Shown here in pieces: positions 37,288 through 50,179 of a stretch of 64,000 nt of DNA. The position numbers were made by a program, and so were the translations under genes. The stretch is from Mobula hypostoma (lineage: Eukaryota). Each line of letters begins with the position of its first letter. Positions within the stretch are counted from its first letter, which is position 1. A model generated the notes under the pieces. That model ran no database searches, was not told the DNA's origin, and saw only the letters and a program-made list of their open reading frames with translations. The DNA lies in contig NC_086097.1 in the NCBI RefSeq assembly GCF_963921235.1, positions 165,666,001 through 165,730,000 on the forward strand. Direction: 5' to 3'.

Positions 37288-40119
37288 GTATGTAATTGTA
37301 GATATTTTCTGCTTGTGGTTGGGAAAAACAATATATAAAGTCTTATTTTCACTGTGGCCCAAGGAAATCTGGCTATGGATTAGTAGGTTAGGCTTTGGGA
37401 TTGTAAGAATAGTTGATGCAATAACATCAACATTTACTTCAGATGAAGGCTTAAGCTTCATATTTGAGCTAATGTGAGAGCTTTAATTTCACTGCAAGGT
37501 ATTCTTTTTGGTGCTGGTCTCTTACCCTGGCGAAAGTTGTAAATGAATGGCTCTATCCTTTTCATCAACACTGAAGGATCAACATTATGTGGCTTTGTTC
37601 CTGGTGAGTGGATTCCCTTGGCAAGGAATGTAGAACTCACAATCAAGCTTAGATTTTTGGCCACTGATTTAATTACTGAAATAAATTTTACAGCGAGCAT
37701 GATGACATTTTTTTTTGGAAGAGTGCCTTGTTTTAATTGGTCTCACAATTTGGGAGACACCCTACTTACGTTGCTTGCCCTTGTTAAACAGTTGCAAAGT
37801 TTTCCAGATAGCTCAGCTTTGTTTACCCACTTTGCAGTCAGGTTGGTTTGATGGTAGTCTTGTTTGCATTTCTAGTGGTGCATAACTGTTGATGTAATCA
37901 TGAATCAGAATAGTTAAGTATACATTTACCTTGGCATGTTCCTAGTTGCATAGAGAAGCTGAGCTTTTTCAACACATTCCAGAGCAACTTAGAGGCTTTG
38001 AAATGTTTTTGGGTGTAAATCGCTGTTGGGTTGGCAGTTGGCACAGTGGCGTGGCACATTGTACTGCTGCCACACAGTTCCAATCAACAGGCCTGATCCT
38101 GAACTCTAGTACTGTCTGTGTGGAGTTTGCATGTTCTCACTATGACAAATGGCTTTCTCCTAGTGGGGGGATGTGGGTTGTAACCACTTTCTCCCCAAAT
38201 ATGTGCTGGTAGATAATTGGCTGGTGTTTAAATTAATTCTTTGTGTAAGTAAGTGACAGGCATATTAAGAGGGAATTAATAGGCATTTAAGTTTTTTACA
38301 AAAAAGGGAATGAATTAAGAGGGCAAATGGGACTGATAGGATTGCTCATTTGGGAACCAGCAAGGACCCGATTGGCTGACTAGTCTCCTTCTCATGTGCG
38401 ATGCAGGGGAAACTGGTGGACACTTAGTGTGTGGGAAGGTCCAAGAAATAGGATCCTAGAAAGTACAAGATTTAAGTGATATGTGTTGACTGAGTGACTA
38501 TAGAAGTCACCCTTGGCACATTTTCAACTGATATTTGTTATAGTTTATATCTGGCAATATTTACGAAGACCAATAAAGGGCAGGGTAACAAAAAAGTGAA
38601 TAAGAAGTATTATCATAGAATGGTTATAGCTGGAGGTTATTCAGCCCATTATGTCTGCATTAACTCTCTGTCAAAGCAGCTCACTGGTTCTATCCATCCT
38701 TCCTTTCCGACTTTTGAGGCATGAAATTGTATTTATCTTATTCCCTTTGAAAGTCACAAGGGATCCAGCTACGTACCGCATAAAATCTTTTTCCTCTTTT
38801 CACTTTTAATTCCTTTTTCCTTGCATCTTCTCCCATTTCTCAGCATTAAACTTCATTTTTTGTGTTCCTACATGTTCGAACAGCCTCTTTATATCTGGTT
38901 GCAATTTATCACTATCCTCTTGTCACAATTCATACCACTACAACGTTTTCTGTTGCTTGCAAAGTTAGAAGTTGTGGCTTGTTCTCCCATCTAATTATTA
39001 AAAGAGATTGAACCCATCAATGGCCCCAACACTGACCTTGGGCAAGTGCCACTATCTACTTGCCTTCAGTCCAAGAAAGAACAATTCTCCACAACTTTGT
39101 CTTGTCCGATTATTTAACCAACTTTGTGTCCATGCTATGCTGTGTGGTTCAACCTGGCCTGTAATGTGGCCCCTTTTCAAAAGCCCTCTAGAAGTCTATG
39201 TACACCACTTTAGATTTATCCTTAGAAAATCTATGATGTTTTTGCCTTAAGCAATCCACTTTACAATCCACAGCTATTAACCTTGTCGTGGAGAATATTT
39301 CTGTCACTGAAATTAAACTGATTGGCCTATATAGTTACTAGACTTTTCCTTACAACTTCTTTTGGACTTTATCCCTTAAAGTTTAGGAAAGAAGTCATAG
39401 GAATAAAAGCAGGGACTGGCTACTTGGCCCCCTAAACATGCACTGCCATTTAATATGATTGTGGCTATTCAACCCTTGGACTTGGCTCCTCAGTGATGGT
39501 CCTCAGTTCCTCAAAAATACCTACAATGGGATCTAGATTCCATATCCCTTTGGGCATAGAATATTCCAGGAATTCATTACCCTCCATAAGAAGAAATTCT
39601 GAATGCACCCCATCAGTGGAAGCACCTTAACATCTACATTGCCATGCCCCTTTAGGGTCTTGTATTAATCCTGTCCTACATTAAGATCACCCCTCATCAA
39701 ATTAACTTCAGAGAATGTTTGTTAGTTGTTTACTTGTGATAGGGCAACCCTCTAATGCCAGGAGTTGGCTAACTGAATCTCTTTTGGATTGCTTCAAGCA
39801 CTAGTGTATTCTTTCTTAAAATAGAGACCAACACTATACACGGTGCTCCAGATGTGACCTCATTACTTCCTATACAGTTATAACAATACTTAGCTATTTC
39901 TAAACACTAAGCTCTGTCAAAGACCAGCATTGCCAGCTGCCCCTTCTGTACATGACCTCAAACTTCCTCACATTAATCTTCATTTGCCAAGATTTTCCCA
40001 CTCACTTAAGCCGTGTATTTGTTGCAGAGTCCAGGTAGCCTTGTTGCGGCTTGCCTCCAGTGTATTTTCGTGTCATCAGCAAACTTGAATAGTTTATAGT
40101 CTGCCCTTTTTCCTAGCAA

Positions 40120-40670
40120 TGAGAACAAGGATATGGTTTGTCTTGTCCTTGTCTTCCATTCCAGCAGCCTCCACATTCAATGGATCATTTCCATGGACAT
40201 CTAAGGGATTCCATCAACAGGCATACCTTCTCCACCCCTTTCAGGATTCCAATGAGACCTTTCTCTCTATAGTTCCTTGTTCTCCCTTCTACTCTCATCG
40301 ACCACTCCTATTCTTATGGCACTTTTCCATGTAACGTAGGAAAAGCAACACCTGCCCTTTTCCCTCTCCAATTCTTACCATCCAGGATCCAAACAATCTT
40401 TCCAGAAGAAGCTGTGATTCATTTGCATTTATTTTCAGTTTAGTGTATTGCATTTGCTACTCACTGTGTGTTCTCCTCTGCAATGGAGAAACCAATTGCA
40501 GGTTGAGTGACCTGGAGAACACCTTCATTCAGTCTGGGAGGATGATTCTGAACTTCCATCTGTGATGCAAAGTCTCAACTGGAAACATTGACTATTCCTC
40601 TGCCTCCACAGATCCTGACCTGCTGAGTTTCCCCAGCAGTTTGTTTCTTGCTAGGCTTCCAGCTGCTGTC
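40120..40670 (+). mobile_element. Old Penelope-like fragment (GIY-YIG remnant and pLTR)
   Basis: LVYCI..GET..RL remnant near 40440-40510; degenerate GATG..GAAACATTGACT core. Confidence 0.55.
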
Positions 40671-41279
40671 ACTTAGATTCTCTGTCCCATTCCCACTATG
40701 ATCACGTCATTGGATCCAATGTTGTTCCAATTTCACTCTTAGACTGGGTACAATTAAACTCTTGGGACGTGAAGTTATTTAACATATTAAGTAAGTCCCT
40801 TTTCACAGAGGTGGCTGTACCTTGGTTTCAAGTTTTTATGTTTCAATTTGTCTCTGTATCATTTGCTCCATTAGCAAAATTCTGTCGTAATTATTACCTT
40901 GACAACTTTGGTCTGCATCCTATCACAGACTGTCCTTCTACTCTCTCCATTCTTTCACTCCTCTGAGACATAAAACATGCATGCCTTCTCACTTATAGTT
41001 CTGGTAAGAGTCTTTGACATAAAACTTTGAATTTCTTTCTCTTCTTCCACCACTTCCCCCTACCCCCCTCACCAACCCTACTGATCTACTGAGCATTTTC
41101 TGCATTCTCTGTTTTTAAATCAGGAATGCACGTGAGTGCAGCTGCTAAGAGGTGAATTCAGTATTGATAGCTGTAAATGTATTGAATTGTTACTTTGCTC
41201 AGTATTGATCAGAGAGGTTTATCAAGTAGGGATTACAGAATAAAAGTGATACAAAAATACTTAAGCTTGAAAAACTGTT

Positions 41280-41825
41280 CAGAATCACATTTATTATCAC
41301 TGGTTTATGTCATGAAACTTGTTTTTGTGGCAGTAGTACACTGCAAGATGTATGAAATTAGCATAAGGGGCAATGAAAATAAAAAAATAATGCAAAAGAG
41401 GAATAATGATGTAACGTTCGTGGTTCATTCAGAAATCTGGTGGTGGGAGGGAAGAAGCTGTTCCTGAAATGTTGAATGTGAGGCTTCAGGCTCCTGTGCC
41501 TCCTCCCTGATGGTACTATTGAAAAAAGGGCATGCTCCACGTGGTGAGGGTCATTAATGATGGATGCCTCCTTCTTGAGGCATACCCTTTTGAACATGTC
41601 CTTGATGTTGGGGTGGCTTGTGTCCATGATGGAGCTGGCTGGACGTACACCCCTCTGTAGCCTCTTTTGATCCTGTGCATTGGAGCCTCCATAACAGGCG
41701 GTGATGTGACCAGACAGAATATGCTGCATATTTCAGTAGAAATTAGCTAGTCTTTGGTGATGACGCAAATCTCCTCAGACTCCAGATGAAGTATAGCTGC
41801 TGGCATGCCTTCTTAGTGATTCAAG
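41280..41825 (-). mobile_element. Rex1/Babar-type LINE 3' end
   Basis: ITACYG..DQKRLQR..PSGRRHRSL..FRNSFFP; CAGAATCA tail. Confidence 0.75.
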
Positions 41826-42050
41826 ACCAGGGGGTATAAAATCACTAGCTCTAAATTAACACTTCCCATTGGTTTATAATCTTGTCTAAGATCTTGCAAC
41901 ATTTGACACAATGCTTCAACGGTTGCTTTGTGAGCGATTGCAGACACTGTTTACGGTCTTTTAGAATTTTCTCCTTTGCTGTTCCTGACCAACGTTATAT
42001 GTTGGAATCTCCACATTTATTAATTTCAAAGCGAGTTTAAAAGTTGAATG

Positions 42051-42828
42051 AACAACACACATCAAAGTTGCTGGTGAACGCAGCAAGCCAGGCAGCATCT
42101 CTAGGAAGAGGTACAGTTGACGTTTCGGGCCGAGACCCTTCGTCAGGACTAACTGAAGAAAGAGCTAGTAAGAGATTTGAGAGGGGGAGGGGGAGATCCA
42201 GAATGATAGGAGAAGACAGGAGGGGGAGGGATGGAGCCAAGAGCTGGACAGGTGATTGGCAAAAGGGATATGAGAGGATCATAGGATAGGAGGCCCAGGG
42301 AGAAGGAAAAGGGGGGGAAGGAAAACTCAGAGGATGGGCAAGGCGTATAGTCAGAGGGACAGAGGGAGAAAAAGGGGAGAGAGAGAGAAAGAATGTGTGT
42401 ATATAAATAAATAATGGATGGGGTACGAGGGGGAGGTGGAGCATTAGCGGAAGTTAGAGAAGTCAGTGTTCATGCCATCAGGTTGGAGGCTACCCAGACA
42501 GAATATAAGGTGTTGTTCCTCGAACCTGAGTGTGGCTTCATCTTTACAGTAGAGGAAACCGTGGATAGACATATCAGAATGGGAATGGGATGTGGAATTA
42601 AAATGTGTAGCCACTGGGAGATCCTGCTTTCTCTGGCGGACAGAGCATAGGTGTTCAGCAAAATGATCTCCCAGTCTGCGTCGGGTCTCGCCAATATATA
42701 GAAGGCCACATTGGGAGCACCAGACGCAGTATATCACCCCAGCTGACTCACAGGTGAAGTGTCGCCTCACCTGGAAGGACTGTCTGGAGCCCTGAATGGT
42801 GGTAAGGGAGGAAGTGTAAGGGCAGGTG
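42051..42828 (-). mobile_element. Penelope-like element 3' end with a complete GIY-YIG domain and a hammerhead (42115-42150)
   Basis: FTCESAGVIYCVWCSQCGLLYIGETRRRL..EH..HFN..EEQHLIF..QPDGMN (ORF 42444-42770). Confidence 0.92.
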
Positions 42829-43710
42829 TGGAATGTACAGTTTTTTACCCATCAGAAGTGTAGAAGCAACGCCTGATAATGACAGAGCAATCACGTCTGT
42901 CTGTGAACTTAGGGCAGAAGTCGCTAATAAGGGAAGTTTCTCCTGTTCCACCTGAAGCATCCGAAAATGGCCATTGTAATCAGCCTGCACCATAGTCTCC
43001 AAGGCATTTTTTTGGTATTGTACCAAGTTTTTACTTTCTAATCCCTTCTATCTACACAATGTCCATATCCCACCATTCTGTGCTATCTATGAACCTCTTA
43101 AATGCCTCTATTGGATTTGCCCCCACTGCCACTCCAACAAGGCATTCCAGGCATATATTAATCTAACTTGTTTAAACCATGGCTGGTCTCCTGCAGAAAT
43201 GTGGTACACAAATTTTCAGTTCTTCTTTGTGGTTCTGGTAGAACAAAAGCACTTGCACCAGGATGACCAAATAGCTAATACTCAGATTTCAATGGGTAAA
43301 ATAAAAATCAGCACTTTTTGGTCTGTGGAGTGCCTTCTATTGATGTTTTAGTAAAACAAAGTGTAGGTCACATCCTTGCCCTAAACCTATCTTGCATACA
43401 ATTTTTTTTAAATTTCTAGGTTATTACTGAGCCTTGCATGGGACTCTTACTGTAAATCAATGACTATCTGTGCTATCCCATTCTTGTGGCAAGGCAATGG
43501 GTATACAGTAATTTTGAATTGAAATAAACAAAACACTATTTCTAAACAACCAACTCAAAAGAAAATCTCAGCAATGTTTCTCAAAAGCAGTACTGAGAAA
43601 AATTAAAATGAAGTATCTTTTGCGTTATTAAGAGCCTTCTATTGAGGGCTTAGAAAAACTGAGAGTGTAGTTCACACACTTAGGCCAAACCTAACTTGCA
43701 TCTTGAAGTT

Positions 43711-43911
43711 ACATACATCAAAGTTGCTGGTGAACGCAGCAGGCCAAGCAGCATCTATAGGAAGAGGCGCAGTGGACGTTTCAGGCCGAGACCCTTCGTC
43801 CCTGAAACGTCCACTGCGCCTCTTCCTATAGATGCTGCTTGGCCTGCTGCATTCACCAGCAACTTTGATGTATGTTGCTTGAATTTCCAGCATCTGCAGA
43901 ATTCCTGTTGT
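43711..43911. mobile_element. Palindromic Penelope pLTR insertion
   Basis: 15-bp TSD TTGCATCTTGAAGTT at 43696-43710 and 43912-43926; arms join at ~43800 inside the hammerhead. Confidence 0.9.
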
Positions 43912-44399
43912 TTGCATCTTGAAGTTGTTTTGTTACAGACATTCTGTTTATTATTTATCTTTGGTGTATTGTAATCTGAGTCACAATCAAAGACAGACCA
44001 CATGGTTTATTGTGACTTTGTTTTCCTCCATTTAACGTCAGAGTTGTCTTTGCGGGTAGCTCCTAAGTAAAACATTGAATGAGCTGGCCTTAAACCACTG
44101 ACATGCATTCCTGTTTGTCTGTTGCCAGTTTTGCAAAATTTGGATTTTTTTTTTCCCTTGCAATGTCTGTAAACAGGGTTCAGTTTTCATGATGTAATTT
44201 CTGGCAAAAGCTTTTTAATTCCTTTGCCAATTGTGTTAAAACTTAGAATCACTTCATGAGATGAAATGAGACACTTCCATTAATGTAATGGTTTTCAAAG
44301 CTTTTGGGATGTTCCAAAGCTCTTTACAGCCAAAAAGCTGAAGGGAAGTGCAGAAAACACCACTGTCTTGTTGCACACAGTAAGATCCTGTGAGTATCA

Positions 44400-46920
44400 T
44401 ATGAGACAGAAGCAGAATTAGGCCATTTGGCTCATTGTCTGCTCCACCTTTTGATCACATCTGATTTATTATCCCTCTCAACCCCATTCTCCTGCCTCCT
44501 CCTCGTAAGCTTTGATGGCCTTGCTAATCAAAACTGATCAATATCCACTTTAAAGAAGTTGACAGCCATCTATGGCAATGAATTCCATAGAATCACCACC
44601 CTGTGGCTAAATAAGTTCCTCATCTCTTTTCTAAAGGGATATCCTCGTACTCTTGAGGCTGTGCCCTCTGGGCCTAGCCTCTCCCACTACTGGAAACATC
44701 CTCTCCACATCCTTTCAATATTCGACAGGTTTCAATGAAATCTCTCTCTCATTCTTCTAAACTGTAGCAAGTACAAGTCCACAGCAATCAGACATTCCTC
44801 ATAACCGTTTCACTGCTGGGACCATTCTCATGAACCTCCTCTGGACCCTCTCCAATGCCAACACATCCTTTCTTAGAAAAGGGGACCAAAACAGCTCACA
44901 GTACTCCAAATGTGGTCTGACTAATGCGTTATAAAGCCTCAGAATGCAAGATTTAAAATCTCTTAAGTTGTTTTGTTAGTATGCTAGTTGTTATCAGGCT
45001 GATGAAAGATTAAACACGAGCTTTGTTTTTCCACATGTGCATTGAAACAAGGAAACATACAGTGCAATACATAGTTTGTATCAAATCAAGTCTGCAAGGA
45101 TCTGTGCTGGGCAGCCCGCAAGTGTCGCCACGCTTCTGGCGCCAACGTGGCATGTCTGCAGTTGACTAATCCTGACACATACAGCTTTGGAACGTAGGAG
45201 GAAACCGGAGCACCCTGAAGAAGCCCACACCGTCACGGGGAGAACGTACAAACTCTCTACACATAGCAGTGGAAATTGAACCCCAACCTTACAGCTGCTG
45301 CTGTAACAGTGTTATGCTAACCACTATGCCTACGTCTGTCTGATAGTAACTAGGAAATCTGTTTTAGGGATTGAGGAATAAATACTAGCCAGAATATAGA
45401 GGTTAATTCCACTGCTGGTATTTTATATCCAGCACTGTACAGCCTCTATGTGCCAACTATGTGTCAATCTAACCCTTCCCTCCTACATAGTCCTGTATTT
45501 TTCTATCATCCATGTCATAGAACATAGAAATCTACAGCACATTACAGGCCCTTTGGCCCACAATGTTGTGCCGGCCATGTAACCTACTCTAGAAACTGCC
45601 TAGAATTTCCCTAACGCATAGCCCTCTATTTTTCTAAGCTCCATCTACCTATCTAAGAGGTTCTTAAAAGACCCTATTGTATCCACTGCTGCCACTGGCA
45701 GTGCATTCCACGCACCCACCACTCTCTGTGTGAAAAATTTACCCCTCACATCACCTCGGTACATATTTCCAAGCACCTTAAAACTATGCCCCCTCGTATT
45801 AGCCATTTCAGCCCTGGGAAAAAGCCTCTGGCCATCCACATGATCAATACCTCTCATCATCTTGTACACCTGTATCAGGTCACCTTTCATCCTCCGACGG
45901 TCCAAGGAGAAAAGGCCAAGTTTGCCCAATGTATTCTCATAAAGTATGCCTTCCAATCCAGGCAACATCCTTGTGGATCTCCTCTGCACTCTCTCTATAT
46001 ACTTTATACTTTATCCGCATATATAGTATTCCTGTAGTAAGGTGACCAGAACTGAATACAGTACTCCAAGTGAGGTCTGACCAAGGTCTTGTATAGCTAA
46101 ATCGTTACCCAATAAATCATTCCAATCCGTATTTCTATATTCATCCTTCTCCCCCCTTTCAGAATCCAAAAGCACATATTATTCCTCCCTGTGCAGCAAA
46201 TTGGCCATGCAACTTTTGTATCCGCTTCACACACTTCGTATGATCTCCACCTAAGAGTCTCTTAAATGTGCCAGCACCCACTACTCTGAGAAAAATATAC
46301 AAACTTATTACTGTACCTCTGGCATCCCCTATACTTCCAATCAAATTAAATTATACCCCCTCATGTTAGCCATTTACACCCTGGGGAAGAGGGTCTCCGG
46401 CTGTCCACTCGATCAACACCTCTTATTATCTTGTACATCTATATCAGGTCACTTCTCATCCTCTTTCGCTCTAAAGAGTAAAGCCCTAGTTTGCTCGAGC
46501 TGTCCGCATTAGACATGCTGTCTAATCCAGGCAGCATCCTGGTATATCTCCTTTGCACCCTCTAAAGCTTCCTCACCATTCCTATAATGAGGCCACCAGA
46601 ACTGAATACAATGTTCCAAGTGTGATCTAACCAGAACTGCAATATTACCTTGTGGCTCTTGAACTCAATCTCCTAACTAATAAACTAACACCATATGCCT
46701 TTTTAACCACCTATCGGCTTGCATGGCAACTTGAAGGATCCCACTGTTCCTCCACACTGCTCAGTATCATGCCGTTAACTTTGTGACTTCAAGGTCAACC
46801 TTCCAAAGGGTATGATTTCGTAGTTTTTGTGAATTGTAATCTACCTGCCACTTAGCCCAGTTCTACATCCTATCAATGTCCCCTTGTAACCTACAACAAT
46901 CTTCTGTGGTATCCACATAT
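44400..46920 (-). mobile_element. Cluster of nested CR1 3' ends and a V-SINE
   Basis: LGLFSL.RRRMKGDLI..TRGHSFK..FFTQRVVGAWNALP; (TTCTATG)n tail near 45516. Confidence 0.7.
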
Positions 46921-48419
46921 CATTTCTGGAGTGGGATTTGAACCCATAAGCTTTATTGAAGACACCTTGTGTACTTAAAACCAAAGTAAAATGCCAGTTT
47001 CTTTAATTATAACCATGGTGAAGATTCAATACAGTAATGGGAAATATTTTACTAAGTTTGGTCTATTTCAATCCTTTGTCTGGTAAACTATATATCTGTT
47101 TGGGTATTCATACTTTTGGCTTCATGGTCCATTACAATACAAAATGCCGAGCTTTATGAAGTGCACACAAACTTTCAGTGAACACCCTGATTTGACTAAA
47201 TTGTTGCTGTGCAGATTTGAACATTTTGCTACAGTACAAGGGAGTGTTATACAGCTGAAGGTGCTTAACGGAAGATCCTGTCCTTCCTTGATAAAGCAAG
47301 GTCTTCTACTCCACATTTTACCCCACATTTTCTGTTTTTGTTTTGGATTTTCAGTAACTACAATTCTTTTGGTTTTCATTTCCAGATGATTGATTCATCA
47401 TGGAGACGTGGCCAGCATTTTGGAACTGATCCTGCTTTGTAACAGTGCAAAAAAAATTGTGGGAACTCTATGCCAGACATTTGCGTTTAAAATCCAAAAT
47501 GCTTTTACATAGGTTTTTGCCAATTTCAAGCCGATCCGATTAAAAGTAGTAGTAACTTAGGAGAAAACTGATCACAAACTGTTTTGGATTCCGATCTGTG
47601 AATCCACATTACCGTCAATAAGCTTTATCAAAACCCTGTTAATAAAACTCAAGCAGGACAAACCAGCAAAAAAAAATAGAGCCAAAATTGCATTGTACTG
47701 GGGAAAAAAAATGGGATGTAAATGCTTGACATTTTGAAGGGCACACAACTTAAATTTTTGATCTACTTGTCAAAATAATTTAAAGCTTTTGCATTTGTAA
47801 AATGTTAACTGTTTCCAGATCCTTGTTGGAGGAGTGTGTTCAGAAAGTTAAATTTAGCCACTTTAGGGGGTGGGGCATCGAGGTTATAAACTGTCTCATC
47901 TTTAATGTCCTCAAGTGTAAAGCTGTTGTATATTTCCCAGTGATTCATTTCAACAACTGAAATTTTGTCCTTGTTAGTGGGAGGATAATGCAGGACCTGT
48001 ACAGGGCACAGTGTATATCTGAACATGGAGTTTGCAGTTTCGAAATGAGGTTCAGTAGTCATCTGTGGCTCCCCAGAGAAAAGTATCTTTGTGCCAAGTC
48101 ATTGCTCCTATTAATCTCTCCCTGATGTGCACTGACAGAGGAAGTCAGGACTTCCTGTAAGCAGACACTGTCTACCAGCACTTACACCAGCATTTTAAAA
48201 CATTCACTTCTGTATTTCATAAAAGTATAAAATCTTTAAACATCAGCTTAGGGGCAGAACTATAACTAGAGAATATAGAAGTCATTTTCCAGTTAATGCC
48301 ATGAAATCCCAGTTCATACCAGCATCATTAAATTAAAAACTGATGCAGTGAGGTTGCAGAAAAGTTTACCCACTGTGAGTGGTGGGTTTGGAAGCTATTG
48401 GGTTGGGAGGCATTAAATG

Positions 48420-49250
48420 TGTAAAACTTATAACTGACTTGGATGAAAATGAGTTTGGGTGGGCTGGTAAACCTGCAGATGGTACGAAGAATGGTGGCAT
48501 TGTGGATAGTATAGAAGATTGCCAAAGGACACAGCAGGATATTAATCAGTTGCAGATATGAGTAGAGAAACGGCAGAAGGAGTTGAATCTGGCCAAGTGT
48601 GATGCATTGCACTTTGGAAAAGATCACAGTTAATGGCAGGATGATTAACAGCATTGCCATGCAGAAGGAATTTGGGGTGCAACTCCACAATTCCATGGAA
48701 GTGGCTGCAAAAGTTGATAGAGTGGTATAGATGGCGTATAGCTTACTTGCCTTTGTTAGTAAAGGCATTAAGTTCAAGAGTCAGGAATTTATGGAGCAGC
48801 TTTATGAAACAAAATTCTGGCTAGGTCACCATCTGGAATATTACATCCAGTTCTGTTTGCCTCGTTATAGGAAGGATATGGAGACTTTGGAGAGCATGCA
48901 AAGAGCATTCTCCCCGGATTGGAAGACAGGTGCTACAAGGAGAGTTAGACAAGCCAGGGTTGTTTTCTCTAGAGTGGTGGAGTACTAAAGAAAGACCTGA
49001 TAGAAGGTGACATGCCTTTAAGGTGGAGGGGGATAGGTCAAAGGAGATGGGAGTGCTGGTGCCTGGAATGGGCTACTGGGGTGGTACTGGAGACAGATAT
49101 GAAAGAGGCACATCAATATACACAGAGTGGAGATGTGTGGACCACGTGCAAGCAGAAGAGATTCGTTAAAATAGGCATCACTAGCTTAATTAGCTTGGCA
49201 CAAGGTGATGGGCTGAAGGGCCTGTTCTGTTATTTTGTGCTGGTAGTGCT
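48420..49250 (+). mobile_element. Degenerate CR1 3' portion
   Basis: K.ADGTK.GG.VDS.EDC...QQDI; AYSLLAFVSKGIKFKSQE. Confidence 0.7.
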
Positions 49251-50179
49251 GATGCTATGGATGCTTGATGAGAACCTGCAGACTTCTACACTTAACCTGA
49301 GTGTGCAGGCTTCCTGAAGGAAACACAACTCCTTCCCCAGCTCAGGAGAGTTGTTTTTCAATTTCAGTATGGCATTCACTTGATGAGAGTGAGTGTAACG
49401 GGAATGTGGAATGTTAACTGAAAGTGCATGGGTTTTTCTGAGTTTCCTCGACCTCACCAGTGAAAGCAAGACAGGTAACAATGACATCCTGCAGGATCTG
49501 GGGTGCTTGTCAACAACACCTCACCCTTGTAGCACTGTCCTTGAGTGACTTCATAAAATATTTTCTTTGGAGAATTTGTGCTGAGAGTTATTTGGAAAGT
49601 ATTGGTGATAAATTTCTGGCCACTAGTTGTAAATTTAGTAGGTTACTTGCCAAATTTTGCTGAATATGTTATGTTCACTTTGCAGCCAAATGTACAAAGT
49701 GCAGACTGTTTATTCCCTTCCATAGATGCTGCCAGACCTGCTGAGATATACCTTAAGACGTAGGAGCAGAGGAGGGCCAGTCGGTCCATCGAGTCTGCTC
49801 TGCCATTGCATTGTGGCTGATTTGTTGCCCCTCACTACTCTGTTCTCCTGCCTTCTCCCCATAACCTTTGACACCTTTACTAATCAAAAATCTATCACTG
49901 CTTTAAACATACCCAATGGGTCGGCCTCCACAGCCATCTATGGCAATAAATTCCACAGATTCACCAATTTCTGACTAAAGAAATTCCTCCTCATCTCTGT
50001 TCTAAAGGGTCACCCCCTGTATTTTGAGGCAATTTCCTCTAGTCCTAGACTCCCCTGCTATAGGAAACACTCTGTCTAGCATTTCTACCCTGATCAGTTC
50101 TTCCAGCATTTACAGAATCTATTGTGTTTATAAAGTTCAGTCTGTACCAGTGTATTTTGGGATGAGAAGAGTGGCATGG

